64,000 nt of DNA from an uncultured Ignavibacteriales bacterium (GCA_964520865.1 CAZFOY010000010.1:4303-68302), one strand, 5' to 3'; shown: positions 38,118 to 48,074, counted from the first letter of the stretch. The notes: generated from the sequence alone by a model not told the origin. A program made the numbers and translations.

Positions 38118-40196
38118 CTATATAGGTCGGCACTCCAGCCGACATACGCTGTTTTCAGAAATTGTTTCGCCCGGTTTGATCGATTGGGCGACAACCCTGC
38201 CGTTACCTTGCACGACGCAGTCAACACCGATCAGGGAAAGGAATGCGGAGACTTCGCGGATCGAGAGTCCCTTGAGGTTGGCCATGCGCGGTTTTTCGGT
38301 CTTATCTTCTTTGGTCAAAACTATTATTTGTTCGTTCTCAAGAGCGAGCCGATCGGGCGGCGGAAACTGCCACATCACTATCCCAGAATCGGCGCCTGTC
38401 CGCAATTCGAACCCGGATTCTTCGGCCATCGCCTTTGCCTGTGCCAATTGATGACCCAGAAGGTCCGGCACAACCGACGTATTGTGAAACTTCCGGGATT
38501 GTTCGGCGATCATCCGATCCGGAACCGTGAACACGTCCGGGTTCAGGATCGTGTAACGCTCGGCAATTCTTCGGAAAATCGGACCTGCTGTCAGTCCGCC
38601 GTAGTGGATCGGTTGCGGGTCCTCAAGCACGACAACGCCGGCGACCAGCGGTCGCTCGGCCGGGAAGAAACCGGCGAAACTCGCCATGAACTTCCCCCAG
38701 AAATAGCGATGATTGGCGACGTCGGGAATCTGCGCCGTGCCGGTCTTGCCGGCAATAGAGACGATTTCAGAATTGACAGCCTCGGCTGTCCCCCTCTCAA
38801 CCACTCCCCGAAGAATCGAGCGTAGCGTGTCAGCCGAGGCTTCTTGCATCGCCTCATTGACCACGGTGCTACTGGTGCGGTCAATGACGTTTCCTTTATC
38901 GTCAACGAACCCGAGCACAATCCTCGGTTGATAGATTCTTCCTCCGTTAGCTATCGCCGCCATCGCATCGGCCATCTGCAGCGGACTCACCGCCACCGAA
39001 TGCCCCATTGCCAGAGCCGCGATCGTATAATCCGACCAGCGATTCGGACGCGAAAGCATACCGGTCGCCTCGCCCGGCCAGTCAAGACCGGTGCGACTGC
39101 CGATATCGAACCGCTTGATCGCTTCGTACATCTCTTCTCCCCCTTCTTTGATCGCCCATTTGGCGACTCCGATATTACTGGAGAGTTCGATGATTTCCCG
39201 GAAAGTAAGCAGGCCGTGCTTTTTGTCATCGTGAAGCGTCCGCCGACCGAGTTTCCACTTGCCGTTCTCGCAATCGATCGTCGTGTCAAAGTTCACTATC
39301 CCGGCATCGAGCATACCCGCCGCTGTGACCGCCTTAAAGATCGACCCCGGCTCAAACTGATCGGTCATCGGCCGGAGCTTTAAGGGACGATCGGGATGTT
39401 TCTCGTTCGGATCGAAATGTGCAGCGGCCAGAATCTCGCCATTGTTGCAGTTGAGCAAAACGGCCATTCCCGATTTGGCGTGGTAGTCGATCACGCCATC
39501 GCGAAGCTCTTCTTCGAGAATCTCCTGAAGCCTCCAGTCAACGGTCAGGACAATCGACTGACCGGGTATCGGTTTCACCAGCGCCGACTCCTTCACCCTG
39601 AAGGTGTTGCGAAGGCCGTCACGACGGATGTCGGCAAATCCCTTCTGGCCGGCGAGAACGGAATCGTACTGAAGCTCAAGGCCCGACTGACCTTTGCCGT
39701 CGATATCCGTAAAACCAAGGATCTGCTTGCCGATCGTATCGAATGGATAATCACGTTCCGTCTCCTGCCGGATGTAGAGCCCCTCAGGAGCGTCGTTCTC
39801 CACCCGGGCCGCCAAGGCATCGTCCATGTGGCGGTCGATCCAACGGAATTTGCGTACTTCCAATCCGTACTTGCGAACCGCCGAACCGGCGGGAAGGTGA
39901 TAGATATCCTCAAGGTACGAAGCGATCGAGCGCAATTCGCGCCGACTGTCCGCCCAGGCATACAATGAGGAAGCGACCACATTGTTCGCAACCACCTGTC
40001 CGTTGCGGTCGTAGAGAATTCCCCGCGACGCCGGAATCGGGATTTTTCCCGAAGACTGCCGGTCGACTATAGCGCTGTACTCAGCTGACTTGTAGATCTG
40101 CAGATGGACCAAACGGGCAACTGCGATAACAAAGAACGCACAGACCACTACGAACAGGATGCCGAGGCGGAGACTTTCCTGGCGCGTGCGACTCAT
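38118..40196 (-). CDS. ftsI: Class B penicillin-binding protein FtsI with C-terminal PASTA-like repeats
   Basis: TM anchor, RGILYDRNG, EPGSIFK (SxxK), SSN, KTGTAQ; ATG 40196 overlaps the ftsL stop. Confidence 0.93.
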   Translation of the reverse strand: MSRTRQESLRLGILFVVVCAFFVIAVARLVHLQIYKSAEYSAIVDRQSSGKIPIPASRGILYDRNGQVVANNVVASSLYAWADSRRELRSIASYLEDIYHLPAGSAVRKYGLEVRKFRWIDRHMDDALAARVENDAPEGLYIRQETERDYPFDTIGKQILGFTDIDGKGQSGLELQYDSVLAGQKGFADIRRDGLRNTFRVKESALVKPIPGQSIVLTVDWRLQEILEEELRDGVIDYHAKSGMAVLLNCNNGEILAAAHFDPNEKHPDRPLKLRPMTDQFEPGSIFKAVTAAGMLDAGIVNFDTTIDCENGKWKLGRRTLHDDKKHGLLTFREIIELSSNIGVAKWAIKEGGEEMYEAIKRFDIGSRTGLDWPGEATGMLSRPNRWSDYTIAALAMGHSVAVSPLQMADAMAAIANGGRIYQPRIVLGFVDDKGNVIDRTSSTVVNEAMQEASADTLRSILRGVVERGTAEAVNSEIVSIAGKTGTAQIPDVANHRYFWGKFMASFAGFFPAERPLVAGVVVLEDPQPIHYGGLTAGPIFRRIAERYTILNPDVFTVPDRMIAEQSRKFHNTSVVPDLLGHQLAQAKAMAEESGFELRTGADSGIVMWQFPPPDRLALENEQIIVLTKEDKTEKPRMANLKGLSIREVSAFLSLIGVDCVVQGNGRVVAQSIKPGETISENSVCRLECRPI

Positions 40197-40687
40197 TTTC
40201 CACCCCACCTGTTCAGGGTAGAGTCAACATGTATCTTTTCCACACTCTCCGCATTAGCAGTCGATGTGGTCACGACCGGCATATACTTGGTCACCCGCTT
40301 GATGGCGGAGAACATCCGGTCGAGTTCGTCCGGCGGCGGCGTGACTTCCCTGTCTTTTACCAGCGTGAGCATCCGATCGGCAGTCACCGGCTTGAGACCA
40401 AGCGTATCCTGCGCGTATTCCTCTATCCGGGATGCGGTCGAGAGCGCTGCCACTTCGGAGTAGAGCTTCTTCTGGCAGTCCAGAATGCCGGCGTTTTCCT
40501 TTTTCAGAACTCCGACTTCTCTGACCAGCTCGATTACCTTGACGCGCTGCCATACGTGTACACAGGCCGCCAGGAGGAGAACGGTAATGAGAAGCACTGC
40601 GGGGAAATACCGATGAACCCGGATGCGATTGAAGATGGATGATTTAATTTCGATGGTTTCTTTGAGTTGCCGTATCGTTTTCTTCAT
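40193..40687 (-). CDS. ftsL: FtsL-like cell division protein
   Basis: Single TM followed by coiled coil and SRIEEYAQDTLGL; between rsmH and ftsI. Confidence 0.75.
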   Translation of the reverse strand: MKKTIRQLKETIEIKSSIFNRIRVHRYFPAVLLITVLLLAACVHVWQRVKVIELVREVGVLKKENAGILDCQKKLYSEVAALSTASRIEEYAQDTLGLKPVTADRMLTLVKDREVTPPPDELDRMFSAIKRVTKYMPVVTTSTANAESVEKIHVDSTLNRWGGK

Positions 40688-40688
40688 A

Positions 40689-41624
40689 TCAGATCCTTTC
40701 GGCAACCCTCAGTTTTGCAGACCTTGCCCGGCTGTTTTGCTCGATCTCATCAGGCTGCGGCGTCAGCGGCTTGCGATTGACCAGCTTGAGCGTTGGCTCG
40801 TTCCCACACACGCAGACATCGAATTCCGGAGGACAGGTACACCCTTTGACCTGCTGCTGAAAGAACCGCTTGACGATCCGGTCTTCGAGCGAATGATACG
40901 TCAACACCGCGAACCTTCCCCCTGCCTTGAGCAGCGACACTGCATCGGGAAGCAGCCGGGTCAGGCTATCGAGTTCTTCGTTGACCGCTATGCGGAATGC
41001 CTGAAAGACACGGGCCAGTGATTTATTCTGATGGGGCGGACGCGTATTTGCATGTACTATGGCGGCGAGTTGTGAGGTAGTACGAATCATCCTTGTTCGT
41101 CTTTCTCGGACTATTGCCCTGGCGATTTTCCCTGCGTTTTTCTCTTCTCCGTAATACCTTATTATCCGGCTCAACTCTTTCTCGTCGAGGCCGTTTATGA
41201 GGTCCGCCGCCGACTGCGCCCCGGATGAAGGGTCGAAACGCATGTCCAGCGGTCCCTCAAGGCGAAAAGAAAACCCACGCTGCGGATCGTCCAGTTGCAG
41301 TGACGAGACTCCTAAGTCGAGGAGTATCCCATCGAATTCATTATCAGCAAATTCCTCTTCAACGATATCTTTTATGCGGACGTAGGAAGCGCAAACCAGG
41401 GCTTTTAACTGCGGGTACCTGCTCAGTCGAACCTGAGCTTGTGCAAGTGCGGCGGAGTCTTTGTCAATTCCGTATACGCGTGCCTCTTCAGTCAAAGCTT
41501 CGGCTATCGCCTCAAGGTGCCCGCCAAGCCCGGCTGTTAAATCTAAGTAAGCACCTTCCGGATATATCACCAGATGATCGACAACTTCACCGGTCATTAC
41601 CGGCAGGTGACGACCATCACTCAT
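40689..41624 (-). CDS. rsmH: 16S rRNA m4C1402 methyltransferase
   Basis: HLPVM, DLTAGLGGH, DLGVSSLQLDD..RGFSF, PLDMR, FQAFRIAVNEEL, YHSLEDRIVK, RARSAKLR. Confidence 0.96.
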   Translation of the reverse strand: MSDGRHLPVMTGEVVDHLVIYPEGAYLDLTAGLGGHLEAIAEALTEEARVYGIDKDSAALAQAQVRLSRYPQLKALVCASYVRIKDIVEEEFADNEFDGILLDLGVSSLQLDDPQRGFSFRLEGPLDMRFDPSSGAQSAADLINGLDEKELSRIIRYYGEEKNAGKIARAIVRERRTRMIRTTSQLAAIVHANTRPPHQNKSLARVFQAFRIAVNEELDSLTRLLPDAVSLLKAGGRFAVLTYHSLEDRIVKRFFQQQVKGCTCPPEFDVCVCGNEPTLKLVNRKPLTPQPDEIEQNSRARSAKLRVAERI

Positions 41625-42093
41625 CTTCGTGACCATCACCGGTCATAAAGAGCCGTTCCGCGACTTCTTCATAACTCCCCGGGAACTGGTCCTGATAGAA
41701 TTCGTACCGATCAGGGTTCCAGATCTCGACCGAACGATCAATGCCAAGTACAAGTAGCTCCTTCTTGAGCTTCGCCTCGCCCACCAGATGCGAGGGGATC
41801 AGGATTCGGCCGTTTTTGTCGGGGGTAACGATGGTCGCCGCCGAGTAGAATCGACGGCTGAAAAAACGAAAGTCTTTCTTGGTGAAATTGAGCGACGAGA
41901 GGCGTTTTTGGATCTCCTCCCACTCTGACTGCGGGTAAAGAGCGAGACATCCTTCGAGGCCTTTGGTGAGAATTAGCTCCCCTTCGAGCTGCGGTTTTCC
42001 CGAGCCGTCCGTGACGCTCCTGAGCTTGGCCGGCAGGGCGAATCGCCCTTTCTCGTCCAAAGTCGTCTGGTATTGCCCATAGAAACCGCCCAA
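41617..42093 (-). CDS. mraZ: Transcriptional regulator MraZ
   Basis: LDEKGRFALPAKLR, KGLEGCL.LYP, DKNGRILIP, EIWN; TTG 42093 lies 5 nt after GGAGG. Confidence 0.93.
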   Translation of the reverse strand: MGGFYGQYQTTLDEKGRFALPAKLRSVTDGSGKPQLEGELILTKGLEGCLALYPQSEWEEIQKRLSSLNFTKKDFRFFSRRFYSAATIVTPDKNGRILIPSHLVGEAKLKKELLVLGIDRSVEIWNPDRYEFYQDQFPGSYEEVAERLFMTGDGHEDE

Positions 42094-42101
42094 AGCATCC
42101 T

Positions 42102-42155
42102 CCACTTTACTCCACTATCCACCAAAAACACCATAAATAACCACTTTTTCCCCAC
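42102..42155 (-). promoter_or_regulatory. MraZ operator: about 10-bp-periodic (G/A/T)TGG repeats
   Basis: Plus-strand CCA(C/T/A) at 42102, 42112, 42122, 42131, 42141, 42152; two copies read GTGGAG; TTGACA at 42164-42159 just upstream. Confidence 0.75.
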
Positions 42156-42456
42156 CAGTGTCAAGCGGTTTTTTGTTCTCAATTCAAAAAAAAGAGTCTG
42201 TCTAAGCTTTTTTTGAACAACGAGTAAGCGGACTTCAAAATTCGCAAAACGGGTAACTTCCTGATCGTTTCGCCTATCCCGATTTCGGGCCATTTCTTCC
42301 CACTTTATGGAGATTGCCTCCCGGCATTCTTCTGTGGTCGGATGCCAACAGTTTCTGACGATTCAATGCCTTCCAGTGCCGACCCAAAGCCGACACCACC
42401 AACGCAAGTCATGGATTGTTAATGTGTTACGGCGATTCCGGAACGTAAGAATCGGT

Positions 42457-42472
42457 CGGCGGCACGCTTGCA
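42457..42472 (+). promoter_or_regulatory. Candidate sigma-54 promoter of the C25 peptidase gene
   Basis: cGG-CGGCACGCTT-GCa: GG 42458-42459, 10 nt, GC 42470-42471; GTG start 40 nt downstream. Confidence 0.3.
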
Positions 42473-42510
42473 CTATAGAGAGCACGGTTAACAGTGAAAC
42501 AGGAGGCTAC

Positions 42511-44835
42511 GTGAGTTTTCGAGGACATAGAGCGTTACTAATCGGACTGGCGATACTGATTGGTGCCGGAGTTAGAGCAGCGACTCTGGACGAGTCGATG
42601 GTTGCCCCCCGGGTCGAAGTCCGGTCTTCGAAAACGGTCGTCACTTGTGAAGGCTTTGATTCGATCACCTTAGGCGCAGATCTAACCCTGCCAGCCAGAA
42701 CTTTTCTGGTCGAGCTGAGCCCTACCGAGTCCAATCCGCAATTCACAGCCACCATCGGCGAAACCACTATTCTCGGACGGGTCGACCGTTCCCTGATGTA
42801 TTCGGACGGGACAACTTCGGACCGGCCGTATGAATATGCCGGCATTACTTCATTCCCGGCCGCTGAGCTGCTCGGACAAAGCCCGGTTGATTTGACAGAT
42901 ATTGTCACGATCAACAACCGGAAGTATGCCCGCCTGCTGTATTTCCCGGTCACCGTGGACAGCCTGAACCATCTGGTTTTCGCTCAACAAACGGACTTGA
43001 AGCTTGACGGAAATCTGCTTTCGTCGGCGCAACTCCTCCCTCCGGATCTCAAGCGAGCGGCACTATCCGACAAATCGAGCCGGACAGGTGAGATCCTTTC
43101 CGCCAACGGACCGAAGTACCTCTTAGTTACCAGCGCTCTTCTCGATTCGACGTGCGAGGAACTGGCGGCCTACAAACGCGAGACCGGGTACGACGTTCGG
43201 GTGGAAGATATCGACGAAATTCTTTCGACGTACTCAGGACGCGATGATGCCGAGAGATTGAGAAATCGCCTCAAGTCCTTTTATGCCGAAGGCGGCGAAT
43301 ACGTGCTCCTGGCCGGGGATGAAACCCAGCTGCCGATACGATACGCCTACCCAACGATGACCTCGTCCATGCCCGACACGGCCGATCTTCAGGTTTGCGA
43401 CCTCTATTTTGCCGATTTGACCGGCGAGTGGGATTCGGACAGCGATGGTGTCTGGGGAGAGAAGTATGCCGATCAGGCCGATCTGACTCCGGAGCTGATG
43501 CTCGGACGTCTGCCCTTCTCCCGCCCTGAGGAAGTGACCAACTACACGAACAAACTGATCGCCTACGAAACGAATCCCGGACACGGCGACCTGAGCTATC
43601 TCACCCGGGCCTTTTTCTATTCGTCCGATCAGATGCGTGACTATGGCGACGGCGGCGAACATGGTCTGATCGCGGCAGCCTATCCCTCGAACTTTCAGAT
43701 TGATACCACCAACGGCATAGAACAGTCGCGGGGGGACGACGTCAATCCGACCAACCTGTCGGCCGGTGAAACGATTCCGGTTCTCTCTTCCGGCTACGGA
43801 ATAGTAAATGTCATAGCTCATGGCCGATCGGATGCATTCGGCGTACGCACGACCGGATACAACGAGTGGCCCAAGTCGTACTTCATGACCACCGATGTCG
43901 GCGGAACAAACGGCGATGCCAACGGCATGGAACCGAACGGAAAGACGTCGTTCTACTATTCTCTCGCTTGCGACAACGGCGGATTCGATCTCGATCAACC
44001 CCCGATGAACGAACCTGACCCGAATCTGGTCGAGACCCTGCTCGGACTGCCGGATGCCGGCGCGGTTGGTTTCGTGGCCCACACGCGCTGGGGATGGATA
44101 GCTTCGAGCCACCTGGTTCAGAAAACGTTCTTTGATTCTCTTTTCGCCCATCCGGGCCGCCCGGCCGTGTGCGCCATGTACGATACCAAGGCGGTCTTCT
44201 ACTACTATCGCGATCAGGTCTACGGCATAAACTACTTCGGTGATCCGACTCTCAGAGTCTACACCGGGACTCCCCACACACTCTCGCTGTCGACCTCCAC
44301 CGGAAGCGGAAACGTATTGGTTTCCGTTAACGATGAATCAGGCCAGGTCACGGCCGCAACCGTGATTGTGAGCCTCAACGGTCAGCCGATTTTCGACGGA
44401 GTCACGGATGCGTCAGGACAAGTCAATTTACCGATCGATTTCTATGAAGACAGCACGTACACGATAGCTGCGATCAAGACAGGTGCGACAATCGGATTCA
44501 AGTCGATTCATCCGTCGATCGTCACCGACGTCAACGAGTCCAACGACCAGCTTCCCCGGAATTTTGAACTCGCCCAGAACTACCCGAATCCGTTCAATCC
44601 TTCGACGACGATTGAATTCAGCCTACCGACTCGTAGCAGGATTGTGCTTGAGGTATTCGACGTACTCGGCAGAAAGGTACGCACGCTGGCTGAAGGCAGT
44701 TATTCCAGCGGGAATCGTGAAGTTGTCTGGGATGGCAAAGCAGTCGATGGATCGCAGGTATCAAGCGGCGTCTACTTCTACCGTCTGCAGGCGGGCGCTT
44801 TCAGCGCAACCAGGAAGATGCTACTGCTCAAGTAG
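42511..44835 (+). CDS. Gingipain-like C25 cysteine peptidase with signal peptide and Por-type/FlgD-Ig C-terminal domain
   Basis: SD aggagg before GTG 42511; signal peptide ending GVRA; YVLLAGD, DLYFADLTG, LGRLP, catalytic IAHG and LACDNG; tail QNYPNPFNPST..WDGK..SGVYFYRL..RKMLLLK. Confidence 0.88.
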   Translation: MSFRGHRALLIGLAILIGAGVRAATLDESMVAPRVEVRSSKTVVTCEGFDSITLGADLTLPARTFLVELSPTESNPQFTATIGETTILGRVDRSLMYSDGTTSDRPYEYAGITSFPAAELLGQSPVDLTDIVTINNRKYARLLYFPVTVDSLNHLVFAQQTDLKLDGNLLSSAQLLPPDLKRAALSDKSSRTGEILSANGPKYLLVTSALLDSTCEELAAYKRETGYDVRVEDIDEILSTYSGRDDAERLRNRLKSFYAEGGEYVLLAGDETQLPIRYAYPTMTSSMPDTADLQVCDLYFADLTGEWDSDSDGVWGEKYADQADLTPELMLGRLPFSRPEEVTNYTNKLIAYETNPGHGDLSYLTRAFFYSSDQMRDYGDGGEHGLIAAAYPSNFQIDTTNGIEQSRGDDVNPTNLSAGETIPVLSSGYGIVNVIAHGRSDAFGVRTTGYNEWPKSYFMTTDVGGTNGDANGMEPNGKTSFYYSLACDNGGFDLDQPPMNEPDPNLVETLLGLPDAGAVGFVAHTRWGWIASSHLVQKTFFDSLFAHPGRPAVCAMYDTKAVFYYYRDQVYGINYFGDPTLRVYTGTPHTLSLSTSTGSGNVLVSVNDESGQVTAATVIVSLNGQPIFDGVTDASGQVNLPIDFYEDSTYTIAAIKTGATIGFKSIHPSIVTDVNESNDQLPRNFELAQNYPNPFNPSTTIEFSLPTRSRIVLEVFDVLGRKVRTLAEGSYSSGNREVVWDGKAVDGSQVSSGVYFYRLQAGAFSATRKMLLLK

Positions 44836-46075
44836 AAGTAACTTGCTTAAGCAGTCCGGCGAACGATTCCGCCATCCTCTCCGTTGAATATTCCTCAGCA
44901 TATTCCGGCAAGGGCTTGATCTTCAGACTCCCTTTCATATGGCGATTCAGTAGATCTGACAGGTAGTCCACCGCCCTACCAGTATCGTCTGAAGAATACA
45001 TGAGACCATTCTGCGTGTCTCCCACTATGGGACTGACAACACTATCATTCGGCGCCGAAATCAGCATCGGTCTTCCCGAAGCAACCATATCGAACAATCT
45101 GATTGGCAGGAGACCGGCGGCACTTTTGGACAGTCCCAGGTAGAGCATCGAAGTATCGGAAAGGATCCTGACAGTCTCCGCTCGTTTCGTCTGTGGATAC
45201 GAAGTCACGATACCCTGCATGCCATAGTCCCTGAGAGTCTGCTCCCAACCTTCGATCTGAATCGGCCCTACCTGCACGAGTCTCACCCGTGAAAACAACT
45301 CCGGTCGTTTTTCGCGAATGGCTGCAAGGACTTTGAATAACGGTTCGACCGGACGGAGTTTGTCCAGCGTCCCCAAGATCCCGACAATGAATTGGTCACG
45401 ATCTGTCGGCTCTTTCCATAAACTGGCGAGCTCCCGATCGAATCCATTGTAAATGGTCGTTCCAGCTTTTAGATATTCAGCTATTGCCGGATTGACTACC
45501 GTGACTTCATTCGCACTGCTCGTGATCTTCTCGAGCAACTCCCGGGCTCGCTTCTTCAACCTCTCATCGGTGAACCAATCCTCCGCCTTGTACAATGTCC
45601 AGAAATCCCGGAAATCGGCTATCCACGGGATATTGAAATCCTCGGCGAGCTGCCTGCCGACAAGGTGCGATGAGATGGGCGGCGAAGTACTTATTATCGC
45701 TTCGTAGTGACGGTTGTCCGCAAGAACCCGCCCGAGTTTGACCGCAGATCTCACCCAGCCCTTCTTCGGGTCGGGGAATATCCGGTCACCCATCCCCCGG
45801 CCCATCCGAATTGTCGATTCCTTCACCGTTCTCATACCGAGCAGGTACATCAACCGTTGAGGATCGCGGGAGCCGCTCCGGTACACGTGCGCTGTATCCA
45901 CGCCCTCAAGAAGATCCGGCTCATAAAATCGATAGGCAACTGGCTTGACCGTGAGCACATCGCATTTGAAGCCAAATTTGGGAAGATACTTGTAGAGCGC
46001 GAGGGGACGGCCCGTTCCCGCGCCGCCGAGCGGTGGGAAGTAGTAGCAAACGAGCAGAATGCGTCCGGACTTCAC
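44828..46075 (-). CDS. Glycosyltransferase family 4-like protein
   Basis: ILLVCYYFPPLGGAG, STSPPISSH, PWIADFRDFW, TIYNGFD; GTG 46075 overlaps the upstream stop (GTGA). Confidence 0.82.
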   Translation of the reverse strand: MKSGRILLVCYYFPPLGGAGTGRPLALYKYLPKFGFKCDVLTVKPVAYRFYEPDLLEGVDTAHVYRSGSRDPQRLMYLLGMRTVKESTIRMGRGMGDRIFPDPKKGWVRSAVKLGRVLADNRHYEAIISTSPPISSHLVGRQLAEDFNIPWIADFRDFWTLYKAEDWFTDERLKKRARELLEKITSSANEVTVVNPAIAEYLKAGTTIYNGFDRELASLWKEPTDRDQFIVGILGTLDKLRPVEPLFKVLAAIREKRPELFSRVRLVQVGPIQIEGWEQTLRDYGMQGIVTSYPQTKRAETVRILSDTSMLYLGLSKSAAGLLPIRLFDMVASGRPMLISAPNDSVVSPIVGDTQNGLMYSSDDTGRAVDYLSDLLNRHMKGSLKIKPLPEYAEEYSTERMAESFAGLLKQVTST

Positions 46076-47145
46076 TGTTTCTTCCACCCTGCGAGATCCT
46101 TCATCAAGCCGATCTGTGCCGCAATATTGTCTTCGAACACGGCTTCTCGCTTAACGCGTTCGAGGTTCTGACGGCGCATCCCCTCGCGAGGATTTTCAGT
46201 CTTCAAAAGAGTTGAGAATAGATTCCGCAGAGATTCTTCGTCGTCCTGCACGAACAGGAATCCCGACTCCGGTGAAAGCCACTCTCTGACGCCGACAATA
46301 TCCGCCGCCACCGGAAGCAACCCCAGCGCCATCGCCTCTATCAGTGAGGCCGGCGAAGAATCTGAACGCGAAGCCGACAGATAAACGTCGTGCTCACTCA
46401 TAAACTTCAGAAACCTGCCGCGGGGCAGTTTATCGTAGAACTCGATCGTATCTCCGACCAGAGCTGTAACGAATCTTTTGAACGACTCCGTTTGCGAACC
46501 GAACGACGGAAATGTGATCCTCATCTTGTTCTGACTGAGGAGTGGCGCGAGCGCCTTGACGATGAACAGATTGTTGTAGACAACTTCCTGAGCCCGCGGA
46601 ACGATCACCCGCAACGGTCGACCGAACCGGTAGTCGCTCTTGTGTAGTGCAAGGAACTCTCGTTCAATTCCCCAGGGAAACACATACTTCGCTTTGAGTG
46701 GAGACAACCTGGCGGCTTCGTTTAAGATATACTCGGAATCGCCGATGACGGCTCCCGCATTCTTCAGCGCATATGCGGTTTTGCGGCGATGCAGACTTGA
46801 CTTGCGTGGCACTGTCAGAATATCCGATCCCCATACATGGCAGACCAAAGGAAAGTGTCGCCCCCTGTTCGCCAGGGCGGCGATGAAACCGTAGCCGGAG
46901 GCAAAGTGCGGGTTGATGACGTCGGGGCGAAAGCGCTTCAGGATCCGCCTGATTTGCGGAACTGCCAGAACGTAGTGGAGGGCATGAATCGGCCCTCGAC
47001 TCTTCAACAAGAGATGTCGGACCGGCCCCGGTTCCAGTGAAAGCAGCAGAGGGTGGCAGGCCTGCTTTCGAAGGGCCGAAATATATCGCTCCGTATGAAA
47101 AGAACCGGCGTCGGCAAGAACAAGCACCCGCAACCGCTTCTGCAT
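46072..47145 (-). CDS. Glycosyltransferase family 4 protein
   Basis: PDVINPHFASGYG, HVWGSDIL, FPWGI, SPASLIEAMALG; ATG 47145 overlaps the GNAT stop (TGATG). Confidence 0.85.
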   Translation of the reverse strand: MQKRLRVLVLADAGSFHTERYISALRKQACHPLLLSLEPGPVRHLLLKSRGPIHALHYVLAVPQIRRILKRFRPDVINPHFASGYGFIAALANRGRHFPLVCHVWGSDILTVPRKSSLHRRKTAYALKNAGAVIGDSEYILNEAARLSPLKAKYVFPWGIEREFLALHKSDYRFGRPLRVIVPRAQEVVYNNLFIVKALAPLLSQNKMRITFPSFGSQTESFKRFVTALVGDTIEFYDKLPRGRFLKFMSEHDVYLSASRSDSSPASLIEAMALGLLPVAADIVGVREWLSPESGFLFVQDDEESLRNLFSTLLKTENPREGMRRQNLERVKREAVFEDNIAAQIGLMKDLAGWKKQ

Positions 47146-48074
47146 CACACCAGCCTCCCGAGGAGCTTGCGTGTCGAATAGCAGTTGTATTCGTAGGTTC
47201 GTGCACCCCACTTGTCCTTGTAGCTGCTCAACGAATCGGCATCCGGCGGCGATGCCCCCAGATTGAGATACTTCAGTCCGCGCTCTGCGGTTCGGCGGGC
47301 CAGTGAATAGAGCATCAATTGATTTGCTTTTAGGAACGAGTACGATTTGTCGAAATAGACTTGCCAGTTCAACACCATATCCCTCTCGATGAAATTGATA
47401 TGCGAACTGACCGCATTTCCTTCATGCTCGCACCAGGTCCAGATTACTCGTGGGTCATTGCTCGATAGATCAGCGAGGGCCTGGAAGAATTCCGGCGGGT
47501 ATTTCGGCTTTCGCTGGTGGCGTTCTTCAGTCAACTTCATCAATTCAAGGAAGCTGTTCATATGAGCCGAAGCATCGAATGGCACAACCTTTGTACCTTC
47601 TCGTTCCGCCTTGCGGATCTCCGACCTGAGCTTCTTGTCCGGCGGCGCCCAGTCCGGTTCGGCTAAGTCCACCAGTTGCGTGGTGCACAGCTGTACCTCC
47701 ATGTCGGGCGTCGGCACGAAGCTCTTGTAATAGTCGAACAGGAACAGCTTGACGTAGTCGGCCTGAAGAAGGACTTCCGAGAAAAGTCCCGCTATCGTTT
47801 CCCTCTCGTCCGATGTGATTGAATCGGCGAAATAAACCTGCCCGTAGCATCCGTCCGGCATGGCCTGAAACCGCTTCACCGGTCGCATCCCGAACTCGAT
47901 TCCGGGTACGACGGCGAGAGTCTCTCCTTCGAGCTCTGCCGACCAAACGACGGGATGCCCTCCGATCGAATCCCAGAGCCTGAGAAAACCGGAAGAAGCG
48001 AAGAACGATCCTTCAGTCAATGCCGAGAGCAATGAAGGATCGAATTGGTCAAGATCGTATCGAGAGATTTTCAT
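47145..48074 (-). CDS. FemAB-like / GNAT-fold acyl- or aminoacyl-transferase
   Basis: KKLRSEIRKAEREG, RHQRKPKYPPEFF, ANQLMLYSL, LNLGAS, LSSYKDKWGA pattern typical of FemAB-related GNAT proteins. Confidence 0.75.
   Translation of the reverse strand: MKISRYDLDQFDPSLLSALTEGSFFASSGFLRLWDSIGGHPVVWSAELEGETLAVVPGIEFGMRPVKRFQAMPDGCYGQVYFADSITSDERETIAGLFSEVLLQADYVKLFLFDYYKSFVPTPDMEVQLCTTQLVDLAEPDWAPPDKKLRSEIRKAEREGTKVVPFDASAHMNSFLELMKLTEERHQRKPKYPPEFFQALADLSSNDPRVIWTWCEHEGNAVSSHINFIERDMVLNWQVYFDKSYSFLKANQLMLYSLARRTAERGLKYLNLGASPPDADSLSSYKDKWGARTYEYNCYSTRKLLGRLV

Noticed and set aside
28367-38825. Long plus-strand ORFs opposite the dcw genes (28367-29560, 32958-34247, 37053-38825)
   Set aside because: Antisense shadows of conserved genes; no recognisable domains.
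42307-42510. 68-codon N-terminal extension of the C25 ORF
   Set aside because: A strong SD and a signal peptide begin at GTG 42511; the extension would bury the signal peptide.
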